A stretch of 64,000 bases of DNA from Octopus vulgaris (Eukaryota). The position numbers were made by a program, and so were the translations under genes. Location: NCBI GenBank assembly GCA_951406725.2, contig OX597818.1, positions 114,142,001-114,206,000 on the forward strand, read 5' to 3'. The notes under the pieces are model-generated. The model was not told the DNA's origin. It searched no databases and saw only the letters and a list, made by a program, of their open reading frames with translations. This document shows, piece after piece, positions 1 to 16,120 of this stretch (positions within the stretch are counted from its first letter, which is position 1; each line of letters opens with the position of its first letter).

Positions 1-831
1 GGTTAGGCATAATCTATAACAGCGTTTGTCAACCTTATCATTTCAGGTCCCCTGTTTCGATTGGAGCCTCCAGTTGCATGAAAATTTCCTGACCCCACCC
101 CGTTAGAAAACAGCTTCTAAGCAACTAGTTGTTTTAATGGCGGAAGAAAGAGGGGAATTCCATTTGAAAAAGTTTAAATCGATTTTCTCGGTAAGTATGG
201 GAGCTAAGTAACAAATACAAATTGCATTTCAATCTATGCACCCGTCTCCACATGTGTGCCATTTTCCACGCGAATCCACCCAGCCGTTTGGCTGTGAACC
301 TCAAGACAAGAAAGAATACAACGATCGCCCATGTCCAATTTATATTATAGATTACTTGACAGTTCGCAATAAATTTCTAGAATGCATGCGTGCGTGAGTT
401 GTTCTATCTGTATATTTTCAGTGCTCATGAGTATTTGCGTTTTCTGTATGCGTTTCACTGTGCCTGTTGCGTTTGAACATTCGCTTATTAGTATAGGTCG
501 ATGCTATTCTATCACTTGGTATTTCAATATTTCGGGGGTTGGGATCTATTTTCAACCTGTATTGCTTTGCCTCAAACCTTTTAAATACTTAAAACATTTT
601 TATATATCAGACAATGCTTCACATGTATGTATGTATGTATGTATGTATGTATGTATGTATGTATGTATGTATGTATGCATGTATGTATGTATGTATGTAT
701 GTATGTATGTATGTATGTATGTATGTATGTATGTATGTATATCGTTGAAATTTATAGAAAAACAAAAGACGAAGACAGGTGTACGAACAACAAGCAAGTG
801 TATTAGTTTGATGCTCGGGAAGAATGAAAGA

Positions 832-867
832 CTTTTACATTTCGAGCCTACGCACTTCGACAGAAAG
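832..867 (-). ncRNA. Degenerate minimal hammerhead-like motif in a dispersed repeat (related copy at ~62417-62455, + strand)
   Basis: Minus strand reads cttt-CTGTCGA-a-gtgc gtag gctc-GAAA-tg-TA-aaag. The layout is that of an HHR, but the core has A6U and stem II is imperfect. Confidence 0.4.
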
Positions 868-1089
868 GAACAAGAGAAAAATGAGCAGAGAGAGAATTAA
901 AAAAACTTGTAGATTTCAGCAATCTAGCTTACTCCGATATACAAATTTTAACAAATGTGGATCGTTGGCAATTTTTTTTCCTCCCTCTTCCTTTCCTCTT
1001 AGACTTACCTCTGTCTCCTGTTTCCGAAGAAGAGTTTTGCTCAAAATATAAAACTACCTTTGTTTCCTTCCCTGAGCGTCTGCTAATAC

Positions 1090-1195
<106 letters not shown>

Positions 1196-1448
1196 CTTAT
1201 CAGAGTAAGCACTTAAATGGTGGGGGAAATAGTACTCGAATACCAGAGGCAGAGTAATATGCAAAAAATATCCCAAAAAATTGTTAGCATTATAAGCAAT
1301 GAAACCAGTGGTACCTGGCCTAGATATAGAAGCAAAGACTGCAATAAAAAAAAGGAAACATGCATAGAAGACGTATCGCCCCAATACCTAGAGTTATATA
1401 TACAAAGACAGTGTTGTTAGTAGGTCATTATGTAGGCGCGTGCGCGTG

Positions 1449-1558
<110 letters not shown>

Positions 1559-2179
1559 AATATTTAAATATATATATCTATATATATATATATACATAAT
1601 ATGTGACAATTATTCGGTAGCCAAAATAAAACTCTGAGTTTCGCATGCCGAGGTGGAAATCCACACAGTTATCCGGCCGAACACCAGTCACGTGGGGAGA
1701 GTAGAAAGAGAGGTAGAGGCAGAGGGACAGAAGAATTAAGGACGGGCGAGAAAAAATGACTGGGACACTGAGAAGTGAAAAGAGGATGGAAAGTGAACTT
1801 GAAGAGAAGGTAAACTTTTAGTAAACTTTTGTTTTATATCTTTCTACTTCGTTGTATTGAGTTATTTTCTCTCAGGAATTGTGGTGAACTGTTGTATATG
1901 TAACCTATCTATCTTTTATCTGTCTTTTACCTGTATTTTATCTGTCCGCCTGTTTGTCTGTCTAACTACTCATCTATGTATGTGTGCATGAGTGAATGAA
2001 CCGATTGGTATACACGAATGTATACGTAAATGTGTATATGCGTGTGGACAGGAACTTTGAACCGATTCAAAATGTTTACCCAAATAGCTTTCGGCGGTTA
2101 ACTGCCTTGGTCCGATTTTACGCATGAATATTTTAGAAATAATTGTCAGTTTAGATTTCAAATTTCCAGTAAATTAATC

Positions 2180-2474
2180 TTGATATACACACTAACCTGC
2201 TCTGGGTGTCAAGAGCAGTACATAGGCCAAACAAAAAAATATTTTGCTTAAAAGAATGGCCCTGCACAGATCCCAGATAAAAATTCCCCAAAACAGAAAA
2301 ATAGCTTTCAGCCAACACATAGATACTTGCGTCAACAACAAAACACCAGGCTTCAGGATTTTCCCCCTCTACCAATTTAGGGACGATACAACCTCGAGAC
2401 AACGAATAAGTAAAGAAACTCTCTTTATTACAAAATACAGACCACTTCTTAACGGGTCTACGACAAACGATTAA
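2180..2474 (+). pseudogene. GIY-YIG endonuclease C-terminal fragment of a Penelope-like element
   Basis: From 2180 it translates LIYTLTCSGCQEQYIGQTK, then after a frameshift KRMALHRSQIK...SQHIDTC...SKETLFITKYRPLLN. This gives IY..CxxC..YIG plus the conserved R/H, H, E and N typical of PLE GIY-YIG domains. Confidence 0.8.
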
Positions 2475-2635
2475 TGCACCTCAGCTTTAGAACAACAGAA
2501 ATACACACGCAAATATTACATTCCAAAGAATCCATTACAAATCAGCCCCAATCACAGCTATAATCCATATCGTGCCAACTTCAAGTCATACAACACCTCA
2601 CTACTTCCACTCATTCATATTCTCCCTTCTCTTTT

Positions 2636-2958
2636 TTCTTCCTCTTCTTCTTCTTCTTCTTCTTCTTCTTCTTCTTCTTCTTCTTCTTCTTCTTCTTCTT
2701 CTTCTTCTTCTTCTTCTTCTTCTTCATCATCATCATCATCATCATCATTATCATCATCATCGTCGTCATCATCATCACCATCATCATCATCTTCTACTCC
2801 TTCTCCTTCCCCTTCTTCTTCTTCTTCTTCTTCTTCATCATCATCATCATCATCATCAACAACATCGTCATCATCTTCTTCTTCTTCTTCTTCTTCTTCT
2901 TCTTCTTCTTCTTCTTCTTCTTCTTCTTCTCCTTCTTCTTCTTCCTCTTCCTCTTCTT
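2636..2958. repeat. Compound (CTT)n/(CAT)n microsatellite
   Basis: Alternating CTT and CAT tracts are directly visible. Confidence 0.95.
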
Positions 2959-3021
2959 CGCAAATTCCAAACAACAATCAACAAAATAATAGAAATATAT
3001 AATTGAACTGCAACTATAAAA

Positions 3022-3072
<51 letters not shown>

Positions 3073-3221
3073 TATATACAATATATATATATACATATAC
3101 AACAATCAAGGAACGGCCATAATAGGCCATTCACCCACTAGAAATAACAGCCAAAGCTTCAACCGCAAATAAAAGTTAATTCTGTAAACCAGGAGAAAAT
3201 TTAAAAAACATTTACCCTGTA

Positions 3222-3328
3222 ATTTCTTATACGATATACCGTTTCATCTGCTGATTAATGGTAAACTAACCTGATTAAATTAAATCAAGCCAATCTTCCA
3301 CAGGCCCTCAGATTCTTCAGTAAGAAAT
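3222..3328 (-). ncRNA. Type I hammerhead ribozyme (array unit L1)
   Basis: Reverse complement of the motif detailed at 4623-4729. Confidence 0.9.
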
Positions 3329-3712
3329 AGCCCAAGTCGGAACAGATATTTTCACGAGGCATTTCCGACCTTGCCAAGTTTATATCTGACCTAAAATTTT
3401 CAAATCGTCGCACTCGCGCCAAATTTATCGGCAGCAAATAAATATAAGCCGTCGATTCCATTACGGAATTAACCAGAAAATTCATAATTAATCAATATAG
3501 GGTGGCAAAAAAATTTTGTAGAATTCTTTTGCCACCAGCGGCCTAGTAGGAAAAAATTAAATAGTCATAGACCATTTTTAAGTTCAACAACAACAATCAA
3601 GGAACGGCCATAATAGGCCATTCACCCACTAGAAATAACAGCCAAAGCTTCAACCGCAAATAAAAGTTAATTCTGTAAACCAGGAGAAAATTTAAAAAAC
3701 ATTTACCCTGTA

Positions 3713-3819
3713 ATTTCTTATACGATATACCGTTTCATCTGCTGATTAATGGTAAACTAACCTGATTAAATTAAATCAAGCCAATCTTCCACAGGCCCTC
3801 AGATTCTTCAGTAAGAAAT
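3713..3819 (-). ncRNA. Type I hammerhead ribozyme (array unit L2)
   Basis: Same motif as 3222-3328. Confidence 0.9.
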
Positions 3820-4204
3820 AGCCCAAGTCGGAACAGATATTTTCACGAGGCATTTCCGACCTTGCCAAGTTTATATCTGACCTAAAATTTTCAAATCGTC
3901 GCACTCGCGCCAAATTTATCGGCAGCAAATAAATATAAGCCGTCGATTCCATTACGGAATTAACCAGAAAATTCATAATTAATCAATATAGGGTGGCAAA
4001 AAAAATTTTGTAGAATTCTTTTGCCACCAGCGGCCTAGTAGGAAAAAATTAAATAGTCATAGACCATTTTTAAGTTCAACATCAACAATCAAGGAACGGC
4101 CATAATAGGCCATTCACCCACTAGAAATAACAGCCAAAGCTTCAACCGCAAATAAAAGTTAATTCTGTAAACCAGGAGAAAATTTAAAAAACATTTACCC
4201 TGTA

Positions 4205-4311
4205 ATTTCTTATACGATATACCGTTTCATCTGCTGATTAATGGTAAACTAACCTGATTAAATTAAATCAAGCCAATCTTCCACAGGCCCTCAGATTCTT
4301 CAGTAAGAAAT
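4205..4311 (-). ncRNA. Type I hammerhead ribozyme (array unit L3)
   Basis: Same motif; this unit is truncated 33 nt further on, at the inversion junction. Confidence 0.9.
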
Positions 4312-4622
4312 AGCCCAAGTCGGAACAGATATTTTCACGAGGCAGTTCCTTGATTGTTGTTGTTGAACTTAAAAATGGTCTATGACTATTTAATTTTTTC
4401 CTACTAGGCCGCTGGTGGCAAAAGAATTCTACAAAATTTTTTTTGCCACCCTATATTGATTAATTATGAATTTTCTGGTTAATTCCGTAATGGAATCGAC
4501 GGCTTATATTTATTTGCTGCCGATAAATTTGGCGCGAGTGCGACGATTTGAAAATTTTAGGTCAGATATAAACTTGGCAAGGTCGGAAATGCCTCGTGAA
4601 AATATCTGTTCCGACTTGGGCT

Positions 4623-4729
4623 ATTTCTTACTGAAGAATCTGAGGGCCTGTGGAAGATTGGCTTGATTTAATTTAATCAGGTTAGTTTACCATTAATCAG
4701 CAGATGAAACGGTATATCGTATAAGAAAT
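4623..4729 (+). ncRNA. Type I hammerhead ribozyme (array unit R1)
   Basis: Stem I is ATTTCTTA/TAAGAAAT and the core is CTGAAGA (4631-4637). Stem II is ATCTG...CAGAT with a long internal hairpin, followed by GAAA (4706-4709). Stem III is the near-palindrome ACGGTA/TATCGT. The cleavage triplet is GUA, with the cut predicted after 4721. Confidence 0.92.
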
Positions 4730-5115
4730 TACAGGGTAAATGTTTTTTAAATTTTCTCCTGGTTTACAGAATTAACTTTTATTTGCGGTTGAAGCTTTGG
4801 CTGTTATTTCTAGTGGGTGAATGGCCTATTATGGCCGTTCCTTGATTGTTGATGTTGAAACTTAAAAATGGTCTATGACTATTTAATTTTTTCCTACTAG
4901 GCCGCTGGTGGCAAAAGAATTCTACAAAATTTTTTTTGCCACCCTATATTGATTAATTATGAATTTTCTGGTTAATTCCGTAATGGAATCGACGGCTTAT
5001 ATTTATTTGCTGCCGATAAATTTGGCGCGAGTGCGACGATTTGAAAATTTTAGGTCAGATATAAACTTGGCAAGGTCGGAAATGCCTCGTGAAAATATCT
5101 GTTCCGACTTGGGCT

Positions 5116-5222
5116 ATTTCTTACTGAAGAATCTGAGGGCCTGTGGAAGATTGGCTTGATTTAATTTAATCAGGTTAGTTTACCATTAATCAGCAGATGA
5201 AACGGTATATCGTATAAGAAAT
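5116..5222 (+). ncRNA. Type I hammerhead ribozyme (array unit R2)
   Basis: Same motif; predicted cut after 5214. Confidence 0.9.
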
Positions 5223-5606
5223 TACAGGGTAAATGTTTTTAAATTTTCTCCTGGTTTACAGAATTAACTTTTATTTGCGGTTGAAGCTTTGGCTGTTATT
5301 TCTAGTGGGTGAATGGCCTATTATGGCCGTTCCTTGATTGTTGATGTTAACTTAAAAATGGTCTATGACTATTTAATTTTTTCCTACTAGGCCGCTGGTG
5401 GCAAAAGAATTCTACAAAATTTTTTTTGCCACCCTATATTGATTAATTATGAATTTTCTGGTTAATTCCGTAATGGAATCGACGGCTTATATTTATTTGC
5501 TGCCGATAAATTTGGCGCGAGTGCGACGATTTGAAAATTTTAGGTCAGATATAAAACTTGGCAAGGTCGGAAATGCCTCGTGAAAATATCTGTTCCGACT
5601 TGGGCT

Positions 5607-5713
5607 ATTTCTTACTGAAGAATCTGAGGGCCTGTGGAAGATTGGCTTGATTTAATTTAATCAGGTTAGTTTACCATTAATCAGCAGATGAAACGGTATA
5701 TCGTATAAGAAAT
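5607..5713 (+). ncRNA. Type I hammerhead ribozyme (array unit R3)
   Basis: Same motif; predicted cut after 5705. Confidence 0.9.
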
Positions 5714-6099
5714 TACAGGGTAAATGTTTTTTAAATTTTCTCCTGGTTTACAGAATTAACTTTTATTTGCGGTTGAAGCTTTGGCTGTTATTTCTAGTGG
5801 GTGAATGGCCTATTATGGCCGTTCCTTGATTGTTGATGTTGAACTTAAAAATGGTCTATGACTATTTAATTTTTTCCTACTAGGCCGCTGGTGGCAAAAG
5901 AATTCTACAAAATTTTTTTTTGCCACCCTATATTGATTAATTATGAATTTTCTGGTTAATTCCGTAATGGAATCGACGGCTTATATTTATTTGCTGCCGA
6001 TAAATTTGGCGCGAGTGCGACGATTTGAAAATTTTAGGTCAGATATAAACTTGGCAAGGTCGGAAATGCCTCGTGAAAATATCTGTTCCGACTTGGGCT

Positions 6100-6206
6100 A
6101 TTTCTTACTGAAGAATCTGAGGGCCTGTGGAAGATTGGCTTGATTTAATTTAATCAGGTTAGTTTACCATTAATCAGCAGATGAAACGGTATATCGTATA
6201 AGAAAT
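6100..6206 (+). ncRNA. Type I hammerhead ribozyme (array unit R4)
   Basis: Same motif; predicted cut after 6198. Confidence 0.9.
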
Positions 6207-6593
6207 TACAGGGTAAATGTTTTTTAAATTTTCTCCTGGTTTACAGAATTAACTTTTACTTGCGGTTGAAGCTTTGGCTGTTATTTCTAGTGGGTGAATG
6301 GCCTATTATGGCCGTTCCTTGATTGTTGATGTTGAACTTAAAAATGGTCTATGACTATTTAATTTTTTTCCTACTAGGCCGCTGGTGGCAAAAGAATTCT
6401 ACAAAATTTTTTTTTGCCACCCTATATTGATTAATTATGAATTTTCTGGTTAATTCCGTAATGGAATCGACGGCTTATATTTATTTGCTGCCGATAAATT
6501 TGGCGCGAGTGCGACGATTTGAAAATTTTAGGTCAGATATAAACTTGGCAAGGTCGGAAATGCCTCGTGAAAATATCTGTTCCGACTTGGGCT

Positions 6594-6700
6594 ATTTCTT
6601 ACTGAAGAATCTGAGGGCCTGTGGAAGATTGGCTTGATTTAATTTAATCAGGTTAGTTTACCATTAATCAGCAGATGAAACGGTATATCGTATAAGAAAT
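6594..6700 (+). ncRNA. Type I hammerhead ribozyme (array unit R5)
   Basis: Same motif; predicted cut after 6692. Confidence 0.9.
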
Positions 6701-6925
6701 TACAGGGTAAATGTTTTTTAAATTTTCTCCTGGTTTACAGAATTAACTTTTATTTGCGGTTGAAGCTTTGGCTGTTATTTCTAGTGGGTGAATGGCCTAT
6801 TATGGCCGTTCCTTGATTGTTGTTGTTGAACTTAAAAATGGTCTATGACTATTTAAATTTTTTCCTACTAGGCCGCTGGTGGCAAAAGAATTCTACAAAA
6901 TTTTTTTTGCCACCCTATATTGATT

Positions 6926-6990
<65 letters not shown>

Positions 6991-7016
6991 GATTATATAT
7001 ATATATATATATATAT

Positions 7017-7313
7017 GGAGGCGCAATGGCCCAGTGGTTGAAGCAGCGGACTCGCGGTCGTAGGATCGCGGTTCCGATTCCCAGACCGGGCATTGTGAGT
7101 GTTTATTGAGCGAAAACACCTAAAAGCTCCACGAAGCTCCGGCAGGGGGTGGTGATCCCTGCGGTACTCTTTCACCACTCTTTCTCTCACTCTTTCTTCT
7201 GTTGGCCTGCTCGCTTAGCCAGCGGGGTGGCGTCATTCGAAGGCCAAAACAATGCGAACGCATTGTGACCAGCGATGTGTAACTACATCTGATGGCCTGG
7301 TCGGTCACGTGAT

Positions 7314-7320
<7 letters not shown>
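7017..7320 (+). mobile_element. tRNA(Arg-like)-headed SINE, tail type 1
   Basis: Head GGAGGCGCAATGGCCCAGTGGTT...ACTCGCG...GTTCCGATTCC has A/B boxes and is shared with the copies at 14800, 39846 and 40277. It is inserted in (TA)n. Confidence 0.85.
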
Positions 7321-7351
<31 letters not shown>

Positions 7352-7401
7352 TTTTTCATACATTCATATATATTACTTTTTCATACAGGAATATATATAT
7401 T

Positions 7402-7451
<50 letters not shown>

Positions 7452-8286
7452 CGCGTGCTTGCATGTTTCTACTTATGCCGGTTTAACACTTTGGCAGTTC
7501 ACTTAATTTACTTGTCAGATGTAGATTAATATATTAAACTTAAATGACTATAAATTTTCCTTGCCCTGCGTGTGTAGGACAATAAAACTTTATGACTTCA
7601 CTTAGCAGTTTTACAATGAACTGAAAGACATTGCATTTGAAATCTATATATATAAAACTCAACTTGTATATCTGTGTGTGTATCTCTGTGTGTGCCTGTG
7701 TGTTTAACTTCCCGGCACATCTCCTAGCCAACAAATCGTAGAACCACCAAAAATGGGTCACTTAACGCTTAGGCGAATGAAGATTGAACTGCACTATTTC
7801 TGTTCCGAAATTCATCTCGCAAGTGCAAAAATCGATAATGTATTTGTTTAGGCCTTATCCCATGCATTGAATAGTGAACTTTACTCAGTCAGCTATTTGA
7901 CGTGAACTGTGTTCACCACGCGTGCAAGCATGCGTAAATTGCATGAAAAATAAAAAATCAAGATATAAAAACGAATCGCCGTAAACATTGTAGAAATTCG
8001 GCAAAGAAATGAGTTTTCGGGATGTAGCCTGGAGGGGTTTTTCGTATTAATCGTTTGGACTTTGTGAACACATACCAATTGTTTTCATAACATTTCAACG
8101 CTTTGAATTAAATGTGACCATTTTGCGTTGAGTCTGCAGTTTGAATCACTTTAACCAAATTTTAGCAGGCTGGATTTTTGATCATCACGATACATCGCCA
8201 GGGATTCCCTAAAACTCTCCCCTGAAATATATATATACTCTTTTACTTGTTTCAGTCATTTTGACTGTGGCCGGGTCATAGTGCTA

Positions 8287-8333
<47 letters not shown>

Positions 8334-8418
8334 GTCTGTTTCCCCCCTCCCCACCATCGCTTGGCAACCGATGTTGGTGTGTTTATGTCCCCGTAACTTA
8401 GTGGTTCGGCAAAACATG

Positions 8419-12004
<3,586 letters not shown>

Positions 12005-12123
12005 CCGATACTAGGTTTACAAAGAATAAGTCCTAGGACCGATTTGTTCGACTAAAGTCTGTGCTCCAGCATGTCCGCAGTCAAATGACTGAAACAAGTA
12101 TAAAAATATAAATATGTTAAACA

Positions 12124-12167
<44 letters not shown>

Positions 12168-12194
12168 CATATTAGAATATTAGAATATGTTATT

Positions 12195-12225
<31 letters not shown>

Positions 12226-13194
12226 GGTACTGTAAGTTTAGCGGGAATACTTGATAAGTGTAAGCACCTATGCCAGATAGTGGCAGAGGTGAGAGAATAT
12301 ATCAAACATAAATTGAAAACAGAACACAAAGGATATCGCAGTACACGTGTTTCAAGCTTTATAAACAATCTGTTAATGCATCAGCATAGGTATATCATTG
12401 ATATAAAAGATGGTTTAAAGCTCTCTTCAGCCGCAAACATTGTTAGTCCAAAATTACATCACAATATAATAAGTACTCGTAGTATTACCCATTATTATAG
12501 GTTTATCATATCCCTTTGAAAAGGTATATTTGCATAAAGGTTCGTTAGATTTCAAAAATCTGCCCATACTGTACCACCATTCAGCATAGAGTGAATGTTA
12601 AATAGATTGGATTGAGTTTATATTTAATTACCGTGTATAAGATAGAAAGAAAAAATAAAAGTATTCGTATGTGTAGTCATGATTGATGTTTTTGGAGACT
12701 GTAACTTGATCGGCGTTTGACAGTTATTAATAACAATGAACATATTGTTTTATGTAGCAAGGTCGATCAGTACATTAGCTGTCAAAGAATTGAATTTCCT
12801 AGCCTAAATGATTTGCATGGAAATGCAAACATTTGTGATTTTGCTTTCCTTTAGCACGTGTACCTTCGTGTGAAACGATTTATTCTATTCTAAACTTTCC
12901 CAGGAAGTTACATGGTTCTTTTCTTTCTTAGTCAACATATTCACAGGAATTATTATTCTCCTTTATTTAGTAATAACCCAGAGTTTGTTTACAAGCTTAA
13001 ATTTTTTGTTTGATTATTGTTCAAATCTTCATTAAATAGACTTATTTTTGCTTTTAAAGAGATGGTGTGTGGGTGTGTGTGAAAAAAGAAAATACGTACA
13101 ATATTTATTTTAATCCAAAAAATTAAAAGTTAGCCTCATTTTTGATATTTTTAGTGTCATTAATCATAATACTACATTTCTCATAACTATGATA

Positions 13195-14466
13195 TTAGGT
13201 TGTTCCGAAAATAATGGCCGACTTCAGAAACATAGTTTTATTCTGGAAAAATTAACAATAGAAATATTTTGATTTGTCAAATTATGACCCATGAACAGCT
13301 ATGCATCTCTCTCATCGATCAACGAGTTTATTTATGCTTCGTTGGCTTTGATGCTAAGAAATCTTTGAACGCTGATTCCACCTCTGGTTTGGACCTGAAA
13401 GTTTTATCACTTAAAAACGTGTTTAAATGCTTAAAAAAACGGTAGACAGTGGGTGAAAGATCAGGAGAATATGGAGGATGTGGTTTCGTCTCGTATTCCA
13501 AGTCTGTAAGTTTCTGTAGCGTCATTCTTGCAACATGTTGCTTTGCATTATCATGGAGCAGAATTGGGCCACACCGATTCACCAATGCAGGTCTCATTTT
13601 TTGCAAGTGAGCATGCATTTTAGCGAGTTGATTGCAGTAAACCTCTGCTGTAATGCTCTGATTGGCCTCCAGAGAGCTGTAATGGACACCACCAATTGCA
13701 GACCACCAGACTGTCACCGTAATCTTTTGCTGATGCAACTTTGGCTTTGGGAAATGTTTGGGGGACTCATCACGATCAAGCCATTGACCCGATCGTTTAC
13801 GGTTATAATAACGGATCCACTTTTCGTCACTAGTGACTATTCGGTTAAGAAAGGGATCATTGGTGTTTCGCAGAAAGAGCATCTTCAAGAAAGAGCACAC
13901 TTCAAAACGCCGAACTTTTTGATTTTCATTGAGCTCTTGCGTACCCCATTTATCGAGCTTTTTCACCCTACTAATCTTCTGCAGATTGCGTGAGACCAGT
14001 GTAATACCGAAATGAAGTGCATGAGTAATTTCTCTGACACTCTAACGTGGGTTTCGTTCAACAATTGCTTTCAACTGTTCATTGTTAAGACTGCACGACC
14101 GTCCTCTACCTTCTTCATCTTCAAGGCTCTCACCACCACTACGGAATTTTTGAAACCACCTTCGTACTGTCTGATCCCTTGTGGACCCCTCACCCCATGC
14201 TCTGTTGATATTGGTAGCGGTTTGGGAGGCATTGTGCCCAAGCTTGAACTCATGCGAGAAAAGTAAACGAAGGTCCTTTTTTGTCATGTTCATAATTAAG
14301 GACACCTCTTCAAGAATGTTTTCGAAATAAGTAGAAAATTATTAAAACGCATACATCAATTATTAACTATGTCGAAACTCCCCTAAAATATAATTAAAAT
14401 ACTATGATAAAATTACGTTTTAAAACATAACACTTAGAGCGGCCATTATTTTCAGAACAACCTTTA
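13195..14466 (-). mobile_element. Full-length decayed mariner (DD34D-type) transposon
   Basis: TIRs are TTAGGTTGTTCCGAAAATAATGGCCG / CGGCCATTATTTTCAGAACAACCT with TA flanks. The transposase is split over ORFs 14042-14305 (HTH, GRGRS) and 13328-13966 (TSDEKW, HDNA, HPPYSPDLSPTVY, in which the third catalytic D is mutated). Confidence 0.95.
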
Positions 14467-14799
14467 TAGTACTTTTATAGTAAAGTTTTGTCATGGTGAG
14501 AATCATGGCACCACATGTGAAAATGGATTAGCTAAGCTCGTATAAACAGCAGCATGTTTGACTGATAGCGAGTGATGAGAAATTGCTGGAAGTCGAAAGG
14601 TGGCGTTCGTGACTTCGCAGAGAGTTTAAAGGTGTCGTTCGTGAATTCGTGGAATCGCTGGAAATTATTGTGAAGTTGTTTTATTTCGTTGAGAGTTGTT
14701 TTGGATTGGTTACATTTGTTGGCAGAGTACTTAGCAATATATAAAGTGGAGACATTTGGAATCTTCCACGTTCCGTGATACTATATACCACACTGTAGT

Positions 14800-15182
14800 G
14801 GAGGCGCAATGGCGCAGTGGTTAGGGCAGCGGACTCGCGGTCGTAGGATCGCGGTTTCGATTCCCAGACCGGGCGTTGTGAGTGTTTATTGAGCGAAAAC
14901 ACCTAAAGCTCCACGAGGCTCCGGCAGGGATGGTGGTGATCCCTGCTGTACTCTTTCACCCAACTTTCTCTTACTCTTACTTCCTGTTTCTGTTGTACCT
15001 GTATTTCAAAGGGCCGGCCTTGTCACTCTCTGTGTCACGCTGAATATCCCCGAGAACTACGTTAAGGGTACACGTGTCTGTGGAGTGCTCAGCCACTTAC
15101 ACGTTCATTTCACGAGCAGGCTGTTCCGTTGATCGGATCAACCGGAACCCTCGTCGTCGTAACCGACGGAGTGCTTCCATCC
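14800..15182 (+). mobile_element. tRNA(Arg-like)-headed SINE, tail type 2, with target-site duplication
   Basis: Same head as 7017. The flanking direct repeat ATACCACACT occurs at 14785 and 15183. Confidence 0.9.
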
Positions 15183-15444
15183 ATACCACACTATTAGTGT
15201 ACGGCACTGAGATGACATATACAGAAGCCACGTTACAAAACTTTTAATGTTTTTGATAAAAACAGATGAAGTGAGTATTGTACGTGTTTTCTTTTTCCAT
15301 AACTGTATAATTACTTTTGTACCCCCGTATAAATAAGTCAAGCATTTTTTTACTAGGTATAATGGGTAGTAAAATGACACGACTGGTTTCGATGCTATGG
15401 AAGTATGCATGTATATCATCTATCATGAATACGTGTAGATTTTT

Positions 15445-15735
15445 GGTTAGGATATTGGATTCCCAATCGTATGATTGTGAGTTCGATTTCCGGCAGCTTG
15501 TTGTTTCCTTAAGCAAGACACTTTATTTCACATTGCTCCAGTCCAACTGTTGGTAAAAATGAGTTGTACCTGTATTTCAAAGGGACATCCTTGTCACTTT
15601 TTGCGTCATGCTAAATCTTCCTGAAAACTACGTTAAGCGTGCGCATGTCTGTGGACTTGTACGTTAATTTTACGACGTGGCTGTTCCATTGATCGGCTCA
15701 GCTGGAACACCCCTCGTCTTAACCGACAGTGTGAT
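15445..15735 (+). mobile_element. Older SINE sharing tail type 2 but with a different, degenerate head
   Basis: GTTGTACCTGTATTTCAAAGGG...AACTACGTTAAG...GGCTGTTCC...AACCGAC matches 14993-15168. Confidence 0.7.
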
Positions 15736-15904
15736 AATTTTATTTTATCTATCAAATGTTATTAGTTGAAGTCTTTGTATGCAGAAGGAACTGGTTTCTA
15801 ATAAAGAAATAAATCTGTCGATAAGATTTGGATAAGAACAAAGAGGATATGCTACACATTGAACTCAAAGAGGGCCATGCACACTGTGTTTACAAAGTGC
15901 ACAT

Positions 15905-16120
15905 TGGTCTCAAATTTTTACCACAAGGCCAGTAATTTCGCGTGTGGGGATAAGTCGACCACATTGACCCCCCCCCCCCAATGATCAACTGGTACTAATT
16001 TTATCGATCCCAAAAGGATGAAAAACAAAGCCGATCTCGGCTGAATTTGAACTCAAGACGGACGAAATGCCGCTAAGCATTTTGTCCGGCGTGCTGATGA
16101 TTTTGCCAGCTCGCCGCCTT
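15905..16120 (-). mobile_element. SINE of the family also present at 17515, 40965 and 57184
   Basis: Shared core TTTATCGAYCCCRAAAGGATGAAA..CAAAG.CGA.CTCGGC.GAATTTGAACTC, ending GCCAGCTCGCCGCC. Confidence 0.8.

Larger units (their letters stand above)
3099..6927. repeat. Tandem array of ~492-bp hammerhead-containing units with an internal inversion (retrozyme-like satellite)
   Basis: Units start at 3101, 3592 and 4084 (the last truncated at 4344). About 5.2 units follow in the opposite orientation from 4345 to 6927, with periods of 491-494. Copies differ mostly in homopolymer length, and both flanks are (TA)n. Confidence 0.97.

Noticed and set aside
2572-3134. Poly-L/H/E/K/R ORFs, and similar YI/HT/CV-rich ORFs throughout the window
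   Set aside because: Microsatellite read-through.
4466-4666. 66-aa ORF (MNFLVNSVMEST...) repeated in the array units
   Set aside because: It has no recognisable domain, is frameshifted in the unit at ~5449, is not retained in the diverged solo copy, and runs through the HHR core. Its recurrence only reflects the DNA repeat.
3099-6927. CRISPR-like or rDNA/5S array interpretation
   Set aside because: There are no short repeats with unique spacers, no cas genes, and no rRNA or snRNA similarity that I recognise.
14800-14875. Possible tRNA-Arg(UCG) gene
   Set aside because: It continues into a repeated SINE body with a TSD and the acceptor stem is poor, so I treat it as a SINE head.
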